DNA from: a bacterium
Lineage (GTDB): Bacteria > Zhuqueibacterota > QNDG01 > DSAB01
NCBI GenBank assembly: GCA_011388275.1
Contig: DSAB01000121.1
Span: forward strand, 123,579 to 187,578
Reading direction: 5' to 3'
DNA: 64,000 nucleotides
Part shown: in pieces, positions 29,054-38,024 of the stretch
Position numbering within the stretch: the first letter of the stretch is position 1
How the letters are laid out: each line of letters starts with the position of its first letter
Notes under the pieces: generated by a model
Database searches by the model: none
What the model was told of the DNA's origin: nothing
Seen by the model: only the letters and a program-made list of their open reading frames with translations
Translations under genes and position numbers: made by a program

Positions 29054-31387
29054 CTACGGGATTTTTTCCGCGGATTTTCGAAACAGATATTCAGAATCCA
29101 CTGCCGGTTCGTCGTTACGGTGAGCCTGCATCAGCCGTATTCGACGGGGCATGAGTTCCTTCAGATTGTCCCCGTACATCAACGGAGTTTCGCCGGCACC
29201 GGATTGCGTCATGAATGCCACGCCGGAATCGGAAAGCTCCATCAGTTCGCAGCTGTTGGCGATTTCCAGATCGATGGCATGCCGCAGTGTTTTCAGAAAG
29301 AATTTCTTTTTAGCGGATTCCAGAATGGATCCGTGTACGCAATAGATCCAGGCGGCCACATTCCTCTGAGTGATCATCCAGCAGCGCAAACCGCGAAGCC
29401 GGATCCATTGATCATAAAAAACTGAAGCCGCGTTCGGGTCGGTCGCTACGGACTGCAATGTGATGATGGCGTTCTGAAGCGGCGGCAGGACGTGTTTGTC
29501 GATTCGTTCCATGTCCCTGCCCGCTTTTTCCGGAGTGGTCAGCTGAAAAAGCACATCACGGGCCAGGTCCACGTTATTGGGATTATGGGGGGTGGTGCAC
29601 ATAAAATCTTCATAATACGCGCGCTCTTCACCGGGTATCGCCTCGATATTCGGAACCAGCGGACGGGTCCACAGGCGGTACCAGTTGAATCCCAGCGAGG
29701 CGTAAAGGGGAGTGATGACCGGGAAGGCCATGACCGTTTCTTCGGTCAGGGTCCAGGCTTCGAGAAGAACAGACTTTTTGGCTCCGGCCCATTTCCGGCC
29801 CAGGCGGTCGAGGGTTTTCTCCACGGATTCTGAGGATTGATACTGAAAGACGCGCATGACTTCGTGATTGGCATCAAAGGGAACCGCCTCGGGAGGATGG
29901 GTACCGCCTGTATGTGCCAAATGCCGGACACCATTCCGGAACAGAAGCTTAAGCCGCCGATGGGTCAGCCGGGGGTAAGGAATTCCCAGCAGAGGAAGGA
30001 ACATTCCATAGGGGCCTGCGGTAAAGTAAAAATGGGGAATGCCTCCCCGGCTTTGAATCTGTTTCATGAAAGGTTTTTCTTCGGAATCGAAACGGTTCTG
30101 ATAAACTGTTCCGGCGTTGATGGGTGAATCGGGATAGCGGGGATGCCGGTAGGGCATGTCCCATCCTTTCATGGTCAGACTCGCGGTTTCCACATCCAGC
30201 TGCCGGCCAAGGCCCTGCCGAATGACATCGTGTTCGCCGTAAAAAGATTCCATGCGGATGATGACGCGAAAATGCGGATTGATCTCCGAGGCCGCTTCAA
30301 GAAGCGTTCGAAAGAATCGAAGGGCGTTTTCGCCGGCCGCCCGTGCGATCTCCTCCTGATTTTTCCACTCTCGGATCAGATAGGCTCCTCCGTTTCGGCC
30401 TACATAGAGTGACTGTGTATGTTCGAAACCCGCACCGCTGTCATTGGTCCAGATCGTCAGGTATTCCAGATCAGGGACCTCCTGAAGGAGGTTTTGGATC
30501 ATTTCCCGGTAATGATCGAGCACCGCAGGATGGGCGGTGGTCATATTGTACCGGGGTTTGAAGCTTCGGAACGGATGATCGACCCGGGCGCCCCGCAGCA
30601 TGGGGTAACGATGGAAAAAGGATTCCGGAACGGAACGGGGTTCGAAGCAGAGCAGGCCCGGCCTGATGCCGTACCGGGCGGCCAGGCGGGCGTTGGCTTT
30701 CAGCCTTCCCAGATTTCGGGACAGATAATAGGCGGGATATACGCCGCGGTTTAGCCGGCTCGAGACGAATTGATCCAGAGCGGGGCAGTAAGTATAGAAC
30801 ATGGGATAGGCCTCACCGGGCGGGCCGGTTTCCAGGCCCATGGGGAAGTCCAGCGCATTGACTTCCACATGGGTAAAACCCATCCGGGCCAGCTTCAGAA
30901 CATAGGTTTCGGGGTCGAGATTTTTCTGTATGCGGCCCTCCTGCGTCAGGAAAAAATCATAGGCGGACCGCTGCCAGGAAAAAGCGGGTATAAATATTCG
31001 GCCTTTTTGATAGGTTGACAGGCTGTCATGCTTTCGGGTTTCCACCCAGGTGCACAGGAATCCGAACAGATATTCCGGATCGGATGCAATGAGCGATCCA
31101 TTGCCCCGGGCGTCCAGTTGGAAAAAAACCGCGGCCTTGTCCGAATCGGCGGCATTCCGAGATCCATCACGGGGCACGGATCCGATATCGATTCGGAATC
31201 CTCCTGTGGGATTCCGTTTGATCTCCTCAGTCCCGATGTGCCGATTCAGGGCGGTGCAAAGCCATTGGGCCGCGCTGCGGGTGACCGGATAATCGGGGTT
31301 ATAATGGATTGTTTGAATGCACTGCAAGGCATCGATTAGTTTCATGGGTTCTTCCTCTATCGGTCTTTTTAGAGTGTGCCGCATCAA
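29054..31387 (-). CDS. large uncharacterised cytoplasmic protein (777 aa)
   Basis: Long ORF with ordinary codon usage and no signal peptide, TM helix or Cys cluster. No family recognisable by eye; segments such as LTIWTNDSGAGFEHT hint at a TIM-barrel glycosidase-like fold. The ATGA overlap with the upstream stop supports translation. Confidence 0.5.
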   Translation of the reverse strand: MMRHTLKRPIEEEPMKLIDALQCIQTIHYNPDYPVTRSAAQWLCTALNRHIGTEEIKRNPTGGFRIDIGSVPRDGSRNAADSDKAAVFFQLDARGNGSLIASDPEYLFGFLCTWVETRKHDSLSTYQKGRIFIPAFSWQRSAYDFFLTQEGRIQKNLDPETYVLKLARMGFTHVEVNALDFPMGLETGPPGEAYPMFYTYCPALDQFVSSRLNRGVYPAYYLSRNLGRLKANARLAARYGIRPGLLCFEPRSVPESFFHRYPMLRGARVDHPFRSFKPRYNMTTAHPAVLDHYREMIQNLLQEVPDLEYLTIWTNDSGAGFEHTQSLYVGRNGGAYLIREWKNQEEIARAAGENALRFFRTLLEAASEINPHFRVIIRMESFYGEHDVIRQGLGRQLDVETASLTMKGWDMPYRHPRYPDSPINAGTVYQNRFDSEEKPFMKQIQSRGGIPHFYFTAGPYGMFLPLLGIPYPRLTHRRLKLLFRNGVRHLAHTGGTHPPEAVPFDANHEVMRVFQYQSSESVEKTLDRLGRKWAGAKKSVLLEAWTLTEETVMAFPVITPLYASLGFNWYRLWTRPLVPNIEAIPGEERAYYEDFMCTTPHNPNNVDLARDVLFQLTTPEKAGRDMERIDKHVLPPLQNAIITLQSVATDPNAASVFYDQWIRLRGLRCWMITQRNVAAWIYCVHGSILESAKKKFFLKTLRHAIDLEIANSCELMELSDSGVAFMTQSGAGETPLMYGDNLKELMPRRIRLMQAHRNDEPAVDSEYLFRKSAEKIP

Positions 31388-32646
31388 GCTCGACGTGCCA
31401 GGGTTTCAACGGCATTGAGCAATCGGGTGACATCGCCGGATCCATTGCATACATGAAAGGAGACCCGGACGGCCTCCAGACCGCCTTCAGAGACCACACG
31501 CACTCTGAACCCCATCTTCCCCAGCGCAGCTGATGCGTCCCGGTAATTCAGACGATCCATCGAGAAGGTGATCATCGATGAACGGAACTCCGGCTCTGCG
31601 GGAGAGAGAATACGGATGCCATGAATTTGTTTCAGGCCGTGATAAAACGTTTCGGACAGAACCCGGTTGTGTTCCCAAATTCGGGGTATGGAGATGGCCT
31701 GTATAAAATCCATGGCCTCTCCCAGTCCGATAAACAGAGCCTCGTTCTGAGTGGCGAATTCATAGCGGCGGGCGGTCGGATGCAGTTTCAGAGTCCGTGC
31801 CTGCAAATCATATCCGTCGTCGGAATAGGCCCCGACCGTCACGGGCCTCAGGGTATCCAGCAACGCGGGACGGACATACAGAATACCCGTGCGCCGGGGC
31901 CCTAAAAGCCATTTATGTCCGCTGACGGCGTAGAAGTCGGCGTCAATATCCTGCATGCTGACGGGCAGGGCTCCCACGGACTGCGCTCCGTCAAGGGCCA
32001 GCCAGGCGCCGTGCCGGTGAACAAGGTTCGCGATTTCACGGATCGGAAAGCACTGACCCGTGGTGCACGTGACGTGACTGATAAAAACCAGACGCGTACG
32101 ACGGCTCAGAAGCCGGCCGATGCTTTCGATCTGTTTCAGGCCTTCGTTCAGATCGGGTTCAAATGTTTGAATGACGATTCCGTCACGCTGCATTCGATTG
32201 AGCAGCGCAATATTCAGGGCGGGGTGTTCATGAGAGGATGTGATGATTTCGTCTTCCCGCTTCAGGGGCAGACCGTTGATGATGATGTTAATGCCCTCGG
32301 TGGCGGTGCCGGTCAAGGCCAGAGAATCCGCTTCACAGTCGAATATACGGGCCGCCTTTTCTTTTATTTGCAGCCAGGTGTCCATGTCATGGCCCGGTTT
32401 CGGACGTATTTCTGCCCGATCCATGGCCGTTTTCACGCATTGCCGGACCATGGCGGGAAGAGGGCCGATTCCTCCGGTATTAAGGTATGTGTAGCCTTCC
32501 GGAAAGGCGAACTGTTTTCGCACGAGGGCCCAGAACCGGGGATCGTCCTTTAAGTGATTCAGCGTTCGGGCATCGATCCGGTGATGCGGTGACAGGGCCC
32601 AGGTGCAGGCCGCTGTCAGGGCGGACAGAAAATGTCTTCGCTCCAT
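31384..32646 (-). CDS. class V aminotransferase-fold PLP-dependent enzyme with twin-arginine (Tat) signal
   Basis: MERRHFLSALTAACTWALSPHH matches the S/T-RRxFL Tat motif. SGHKWLLGP is the PLP-lysine motif of fold-type I class V enzymes (cysteine desulfurase/isopenicillin-N-epimerase-like). Start trimmed to MERRHF. Confidence 0.7.
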   Translation of the reverse strand: MERRHFLSALTAACTWALSPHHRIDARTLNHLKDDPRFWALVRKQFAFPEGYTYLNTGGIGPLPAMVRQCVKTAMDRAEIRPKPGHDMDTWLQIKEKAARIFDCEADSLALTGTATEGINIIINGLPLKREDEIITSSHEHPALNIALLNRMQRDGIVIQTFEPDLNEGLKQIESIGRLLSRRTRLVFISHVTCTTGQCFPIREIANLVHRHGAWLALDGAQSVGALPVSMQDIDADFYAVSGHKWLLGPRRTGILYVRPALLDTLRPVTVGAYSDDGYDLQARTLKLHPTARRYEFATQNEALFIGLGEAMDFIQAISIPRIWEHNRVLSETFYHGLKQIHGIRILSPAEPEFRSSMITFSMDRLNYRDASAALGKMGFRVRVVSEGGLEAVRVSFHVCNGSGDVTRLLNAVETLARRA

Positions 32647-32650
32647 GGTT

Positions 32651-34138
32651 TTATTCCTTCCTGAGTCGTATTTCAACCGTTTCTTTACCGCGATGTCCCG
32701 TCCAGTCCGCGTACAGGCTGTTTTCGATTCGGTTCTGCTGAAAGGAAATGGTTCTGCCTTCAGCCTGAATACGATCGGCCACAGTCCCCGGGGGAAGCAG
32801 TATATGGTATTCGATCTTTTTAGCCGGAGACCGGATTTCCAGTCGCATGTTCCCGCGGCATTCATAGGAATAGGAAGTTTCGGCCTGACCGGAAGGATAC
32901 CCGACCCGGACACGCGCCTGTTCCACCCCTGCGGCGCTCCATCTCGGGCAGAAACGGAGTCTGTCGAAGCAGCGGCCGCAGTCCTGAATGCCCGCCAGGC
33001 CCTCGACAAAGGCCCAGAGCATCGCGCTGCTGCCCCATCCGTCCGTGGATGTGGCTTCCGGACTGGTGCTGGTATCGGGAGTCGACGGGGTCCCGTCCGG
33101 AAAGTACCAGAGAAAGCTTTTTCCGGTTGATTCGATCATTCGTGCATAACGGTTCAGAATATCCACTCCATATATTTCCATTCCGTGTTCCAGGGCGGCC
33201 CTGGCCATCTCACCCCCCACCAGCGGCATGATGCCGCCGTTGACATACGCTCCGGGCGTAAGCTTGTCATCTCCGAAAAATGCGGGCGGAAAGGGCGGGT
33301 CTATGGAAAACCATTCGGCGAAAAGGTTTTCGCGTCTTCGGGAGCGGTATTCATTCAGTATGGAAACCGCCATTCGATGGTCCGCCGCTCCGCGGTTGAC
33401 GGCCATCGGATTGCTGAGACTGAGCTGACGGGCGGTCTCAACCTCTGGGACATCAACGGGGATCAGCGGTACGAAATGGGTGTAGAAACGCCCGTTCCAG
33501 CAGAGCCGGTTCATGCGGTCTTTGATGTCCATAGCCCTGGACAGCCAATACCGGGACTCTTTGGTCCTGTGGAAACGGCTCAGTACTCCGGCCAGAAGGA
33601 CCATGGCTTCATAGAGGCCGCTGTTGTCTCCATGCATGATACCCCAGACCGTATGCTTATCGATCTGAAATTGCAGCCAGTCATGACGCCTTCCTGTATA
33701 GGCGAAATCCCAGGTGTCGATGGTGTAGGGACGTTTTAAAAGTCCTTCGGAAGGATCCCAGCGCCATGGATGGGTGAGGCTGTATTCAAGGGCGGCTTTC
33801 AGCGAAGGAATCAACGACTGAATCCATGAATCATCACCGCAGGCCTGCCAGGCCAAAAAGGCGGCTTTGACGAACCGGTATTCCACGTCGGCTTCCACCG
33901 GAACGCGGACGTATTTGGTCCAGTTTTCCTTTTCGCAGGGAGGCTTCTCCGGAAACGTCGTGAAATAATCGAAAATACGGCCGTTTCGTGCCTGCGTCTC
34001 CGCGAAATGGGTCACCGTACTGGTGAGATCCTTTTCAAAATAACGGACGCCCCTCAGCATGTCGCTGTAATCCCGAATCCATACAGAACGGGCATCGGGC
34101 GACCGGTATCCGCGTATGAGTGCGCCGTCGATGTTCAT
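32651..34138 (-). CDS. hypothetical protein, possibly six-hairpin glycosidase-like
   Basis: 495 aa, no signal peptide, aromatic-rich segments (TIDTWDFAYTGRRHDW, YVNGGIMPLVGGEMA) reminiscent of (alpha/alpha)6 glycosidases. Assignment is weak. Confidence 0.4.
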   Translation of the reverse strand: MNIDGALIRGYRSPDARSVWIRDYSDMLRGVRYFEKDLTSTVTHFAETQARNGRIFDYFTTFPEKPPCEKENWTKYVRVPVEADVEYRFVKAAFLAWQACGDDSWIQSLIPSLKAALEYSLTHPWRWDPSEGLLKRPYTIDTWDFAYTGRRHDWLQFQIDKHTVWGIMHGDNSGLYEAMVLLAGVLSRFHRTKESRYWLSRAMDIKDRMNRLCWNGRFYTHFVPLIPVDVPEVETARQLSLSNPMAVNRGAADHRMAVSILNEYRSRRRENLFAEWFSIDPPFPPAFFGDDKLTPGAYVNGGIMPLVGGEMARAALEHGMEIYGVDILNRYARMIESTGKSFLWYFPDGTPSTPDTSTSPEATSTDGWGSSAMLWAFVEGLAGIQDCGRCFDRLRFCPRWSAAGVEQARVRVGYPSGQAETSYSYECRGNMRLEIRSPAKKIEYHILLPPGTVADRIQAEGRTISFQQNRIENSLYADWTGHRGKETVEIRLRKE

Positions 34139-34267
34139 ATCCAGCGTGTCCTGCGTGAGAAAGGATTTGATACGCGGATACAGTTCGTCCCAGCGCTTGT
34201 GACCGGTCCGAATTTCTATTTCGGTTTGAATGGCTGTCCTCCGTTGCTGTCGGTAACGCGCGGACTG

Positions 34268-34957
34268 CTATCTCGATGATCCCACGGTCAGAACACAGGA
34301 TTTCAGAATATGCCGGGCACTGGTAATCCCCGAGAGATCGGGAATCGGCCGGGAGACAGGGTCCAGCTGGTCTGATCGTCCTGTCAGAACGGGTTCGGCC
34401 CTGAAGTCCGGTACGACCCGAAACGGTACGGCATAGATCAGCGAGGGCTGGCCGTTTCCATCCGGGTCCGGCAGGCCGCCCTCGAGTCTCGGCGGAAATG
34501 AGGCGTTGTAATCGCCGGATATATTCAATTCCAGAAAAAGGGTCCATGACGAGCCGCGAGGAAGGCGGGTTCGGATTGTCAGGTTTCGGACAGGAGTGGC
34601 GCCGGTCAGGGCGTCGGGAAGCGGATTCAGCACGCCCGGCGCCGGATTTCCGGTGCGCCGCACATACCGGCTGACCCAGATGGGAAGGGATGTGGGACAT
34701 TCGACCTTTCCTTCCCAATATCCGGTTGCGGTACGGCGGCTGACCCATACGGTTCGCATCGCATCTTCTTTTTCCACCCACACGGCGATTTGCGGAGGTT
34801 CCCCGAAATTGCTCTCCTGATACACATTGCGGTTCAGCCGTACGGTAAGGGTGACCGGGAGTTCATCGGGTCCGGCCGAATCCGAAGCGGGCTCTTCGTT
34901 CATACCGAAAACCGGGATCAACAAAGAGATCCATAAAGCGAGATGAAGAGAAACCAA
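34268..34957 (-). CDS. secreted DUF2271-like protein
   Basis: Signal peptide MVSLHLALWISLLIPVFG. IAVWVEKEDAMRTVWVS and DALTGATP resemble the conserved DUF2271 blocks (AVWIED..., D-x-x-SGAT). Confidence 0.5.
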   Translation of the reverse strand: MVSLHLALWISLLIPVFGMNEEPASDSAGPDELPVTLTVRLNRNVYQESNFGEPPQIAVWVEKEDAMRTVWVSRRTATGYWEGKVECPTSLPIWVSRYVRRTGNPAPGVLNPLPDALTGATPVRNLTIRTRLPRGSSWTLFLELNISGDYNASFPPRLEGGLPDPDGNGQPSLIYAVPFRVVPDFRAEPVLTGRSDQLDPVSRPIPDLSGITSARHILKSCVLTVGSSR

Positions 34958-36313
34958 CTATTCGACTCCTTCGAATTGCAAAGGTTTTCGCTCTTTCCAC
35001 CGGCCCCGAGTAAAGTCCGGAAAGTTCACCGGACGTGATCGTCTGGCCACGGAGATCTCCGTCAGCTCCGAAATCACGCTCCAGTCGACCGCGTCATAGA
35101 CGTCCATGTCCACAGGCCGGCCGTGACGGAGGGCCTCAATAAGACGCCAGTCTTCGATGAAGTCGGCGCCGCCGTGACCGGCTCCGCGTGCCGCGTCTTC
35201 AGCCATACGAATGAGAGGATGTTCGAATTCCTCTCTGTAATTTTCAAGGGGCTCCCAGCGGTGCCGGGGGCTGCGTCCTTCAATATGAATACGGTCCGGC
35301 CAGCCCTGAGTGATACCCCGGGTTCCCTGAATGAGATTGATGCGGCTGTACGGTCTGGGCAGGTTGGTATCATGGACCAGGGTGATGGTACGGCCTTTGA
35401 CGGTTTTGATCAGACAGGTGTTCACATCGCCGCAGGCATAGTCGGCCTTTGCGAAGGGATGATCGGCTCCCAGTTTTTCGGCGGCATACAGTTTAAGACC
35501 CCTTGCCGGAGAACTCATAGACACCAGATAGTCGAAACGGTCGCCACGGTTGATGTTCATGCATTGGGCGATGGGGCCCAGGCCGTGTGTGGGATACAGA
35601 TTGCCGTTGCGCTTCATGGAATGATAAATCCGCCATTGTTTTTCATAGGCGCTTCCGGTTTTCATATTCCGCAGATCATGATTATAGGCCCCTTCGCCGT
35701 GAAGCAGCTCGCCGAAAAGCCCGTGCCTGACCATGTTGAGTATCATCATCTCCGGACCCATATAGCAGACATTTTCCAGCATTACGCAATGCTTGTTGGT
35801 TTTTTCCGCGGTTTCGACCAGTTCCCAGCATTCGTCGATAGTGAGGGCGGCCGGCACCTCCGTGGCTGTGTGGCTGCCGGTCTTCATGGCTTCCACGCAG
35901 ATCGGGACATGCCATTTCCATGGCGTGGCGGTCATGACCAGATCCAGATCTTCTTCGGCGCACATGCGCCTGAAATCCGTTTCACTCCGGGAATAGCCGC
36001 GGGGCTCCGGCTTGCCCGCGGCCCGGGCCCAGCTCTGCATGCGAGCCACTTTTTCTTCCACGATATCGCAGACCGCGATCAATTCCGCCCCTTCGATGCG
36101 GAGAAGATTGCGAACATGTCCGGAACCCTGATTTCCCACCCCGACAAACGCGACTCGTACGGGGTCGATGGGACCCGAAGAGGCGGGATTGTACTCGATT
36201 GCGGACTGTTTTGCGCATCGGGGTGCGGTCACGGTCAGGGCCGTTCCCACGCCGGCGGCGGCCAGACCGATGAAGTCACGTCTGGATACAGGTTGCGAAA
36301 AATTGTTTTTCAT
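34958..36313 (-). CDS. Gfo/Idh/MocA-family NAD(P)-dependent oxidoreductase with Tat signal (GFOR/GH109-like)
   Basis: VSRRDFIGLAAAGVGTA Tat signal and a VAFVGVGNQGSGHV Rossmann motif, 451 aa. Both periplasmic glucose-fructose oxidoreductase and GH109 alpha-N-acetylgalactosaminidases share this Tat + tightly-bound-NAD architecture. Confidence 0.75.
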   Translation of the reverse strand: MKNNFSQPVSRRDFIGLAAAGVGTALTVTAPRCAKQSAIEYNPASSGPIDPVRVAFVGVGNQGSGHVRNLLRIEGAELIAVCDIVEEKVARMQSWARAAGKPEPRGYSRSETDFRRMCAEEDLDLVMTATPWKWHVPICVEAMKTGSHTATEVPAALTIDECWELVETAEKTNKHCVMLENVCYMGPEMMILNMVRHGLFGELLHGEGAYNHDLRNMKTGSAYEKQWRIYHSMKRNGNLYPTHGLGPIAQCMNINRGDRFDYLVSMSSPARGLKLYAAEKLGADHPFAKADYACGDVNTCLIKTVKGRTITLVHDTNLPRPYSRINLIQGTRGITQGWPDRIHIEGRSPRHRWEPLENYREEFEHPLIRMAEDAARGAGHGGADFIEDWRLIEALRHGRPVDMDVYDAVDWSVISELTEISVARRSRPVNFPDFTRGRWKERKPLQFEGVE

Positions 36314-36335
36314 GGGAGAACCTCCATGATTAAAA

Positions 36336-36506
36336 TCAATGCCCGTTGTCTGGGTTTTTCAGGATCGAGTCCGGAGTGGCTGTCGAAAGATCCCTGAACA
36401 GGTCCCGGATATTGAATATCCCTCCGATCAGCACAACCGTGACCATGAGGCTGTAGCCGATCAGGGTGAAAATCAGAACAATTTGCCACAGAATCGTCCA
36501 GTTCAT
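36336..36506 (-). CDS. small single-TM membrane protein translationally coupled to the SSS transporter
   Basis: 56 aa: MNWTILWQIVLIFTLIGYSLMVTVVLIGGIFNIRDLFRDLSTATPDSILKNPDNGH. Its ATG overlaps the SSS stop (ATGA) and it ends 22 nt before the next gene. Not in the track as a separate entry; it lies inside a longer alternative-start ORF. Confidence 0.35.
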   Translation of the reverse strand: MNWTILWQIVLIFTLIGYSLMVTVVLIGGIFNIRDLFRDLSTATPDSILKNPDNGH

Positions 36507-38017
36507 GATGCGTTCTCCCTGTTTGCATCGGGAAAGCACAGAGAACCGATGATCATCCCTGCAGCGGCCATGACAAAGGTCATGGCACCGATGAATTTGT
36601 CCGATGCATACCAGGGGGGATCTCCCTGAGTCCACGGACCGATTCCCAGAACAGCCAGAAGACCCGCGGCCAGTGCCAGAACCGCGCCAGTGGAACTGGC
36701 CCGTTTCCAGTAGAGTCCGCCGAGCACCACGGCGAAGGCCCCCGAGAGATAGATCGTTCCGGTTACGGCCATATAATTCCACAGGGAAACAGGTGCTTCA
36801 AACCACAACCCCCAGAGAAGCAGAAACACGCCGATTCCGAGAATCGCCATTCGGGTGATCAGCAGTCTCTTTTTATCTGTCAGTGTCCGGCGATGCAGCG
36901 GGGCGACAATGTCCTGGGTGATCACCGAACTCCAGCTCAGCAGGTAGCTGTCATGCGTTGACATGAAGGCCGCGAACATGCCGGCTGCCAGAATCCCCAG
37001 AAAACCCGAAGGAATGATTTTGGCGATGAAAACGGGCATGCCGAACTGGCTGTTGAGGGGGTCGGGGCCGGTGAAGGCGTCAAGCAGAAACGGAGTCTGA
37101 GAAACAAACACAAAGGCTCCGATGCCCCACAGCATGGGAATGATTCGGCGTGCGAGAAAGGAGAGGGAACCCACGGCGTAGAGGTGTTTGGCCGTACGGG
37201 GCGATTTCACGGAAAGGGCGCGCAGGGTGGATGACTGCCAGAGGGTTCCGGTGGAAAGGCTCAGCAGAACCATGAAAAACACATAAAGAGAGCCGAACCC
37301 GGATCCTTCGGCGAGAGGATTCAGCCAGGCGTCCGCGTTTTGGGTTTCGGGAATGCTGAACAGGGCATTCCAGCCCAGATGATGGATGATGAATATGGAT
37401 CCGATAACCATGCCCCCGGACAAGACGACAAACTGGATAAAATCATTGAGAACCACGGACACCATCCCGCCCAATGTGGTATAGATCAAAACCATGATCA
37501 GCATGGATGACATGAAGATCTTCAATCCGGCAGCGTGCTGATATCCGGTCACTCCGATCATGAAACGGGCGCCGGCCTGAAGAAACAGCCCCATGTTGAG
37601 TATGCCTCCCAGGGCCAGGATGGTGCCTCCCAGTATTCGGACTTTTTTTCCGAAACGCCGTTCATAGAATTCGGGTATGGTGAGGATCTCCATGGACCGC
37701 AGCTTGTAAACAATGAGTCCGGTCAGGCCGATCACCAGTACGCATACCGATTCGATGAGGGCGATGTGAAACGCGGAGAATCCATATTTAAACCCCAGTT
37801 CCGCGTTGTACATCACCGTAACCAGGCCGAGTTCGGTCCCTGTCAGGGTGGCGACGGCCAGAAAGAGGCGAAGGTTGCGGCCTGCCACAATGAAATCGCT
37901 CATTCCGTGAATATACTTGCGAACCAGGACTCCGATGACAACGGGAATGCAGATATACACCAGCAGAATAATCCAGTCGATGCGCTGAAAATTGGTCGCG
38001 AAGATGTCCATATCCAT
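36503..38017 (-). CDS. sodium:solute symporter (SSS family)
   Basis: 504 aa, about 13 TM helices; DFIVAGRNLRLFLAVATLTGTELG is an SSS family signature region. Confidence 0.85.
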   Translation of the reverse strand: MDMDIFATNFQRIDWIILLVYICIPVVIGVLVRKYIHGMSDFIVAGRNLRLFLAVATLTGTELGLVTVMYNAELGFKYGFSAFHIALIESVCVLVIGLTGLIVYKLRSMEILTIPEFYERRFGKKVRILGGTILALGGILNMGLFLQAGARFMIGVTGYQHAAGLKIFMSSMLIMVLIYTTLGGMVSVVLNDFIQFVVLSGGMVIGSIFIIHHLGWNALFSIPETQNADAWLNPLAEGSGFGSLYVFFMVLLSLSTGTLWQSSTLRALSVKSPRTAKHLYAVGSLSFLARRIIPMLWGIGAFVFVSQTPFLLDAFTGPDPLNSQFGMPVFIAKIIPSGFLGILAAGMFAAFMSTHDSYLLSWSSVITQDIVAPLHRRTLTDKKRLLITRMAILGIGVFLLLWGLWFEAPVSLWNYMAVTGTIYLSGAFAVVLGGLYWKRASSTGAVLALAAGLLAVLGIGPWTQGDPPWYASDKFIGAMTFVMAAAGMIIGSLCFPDANRENAS

Positions 38018-38024
38018 GGATCCC

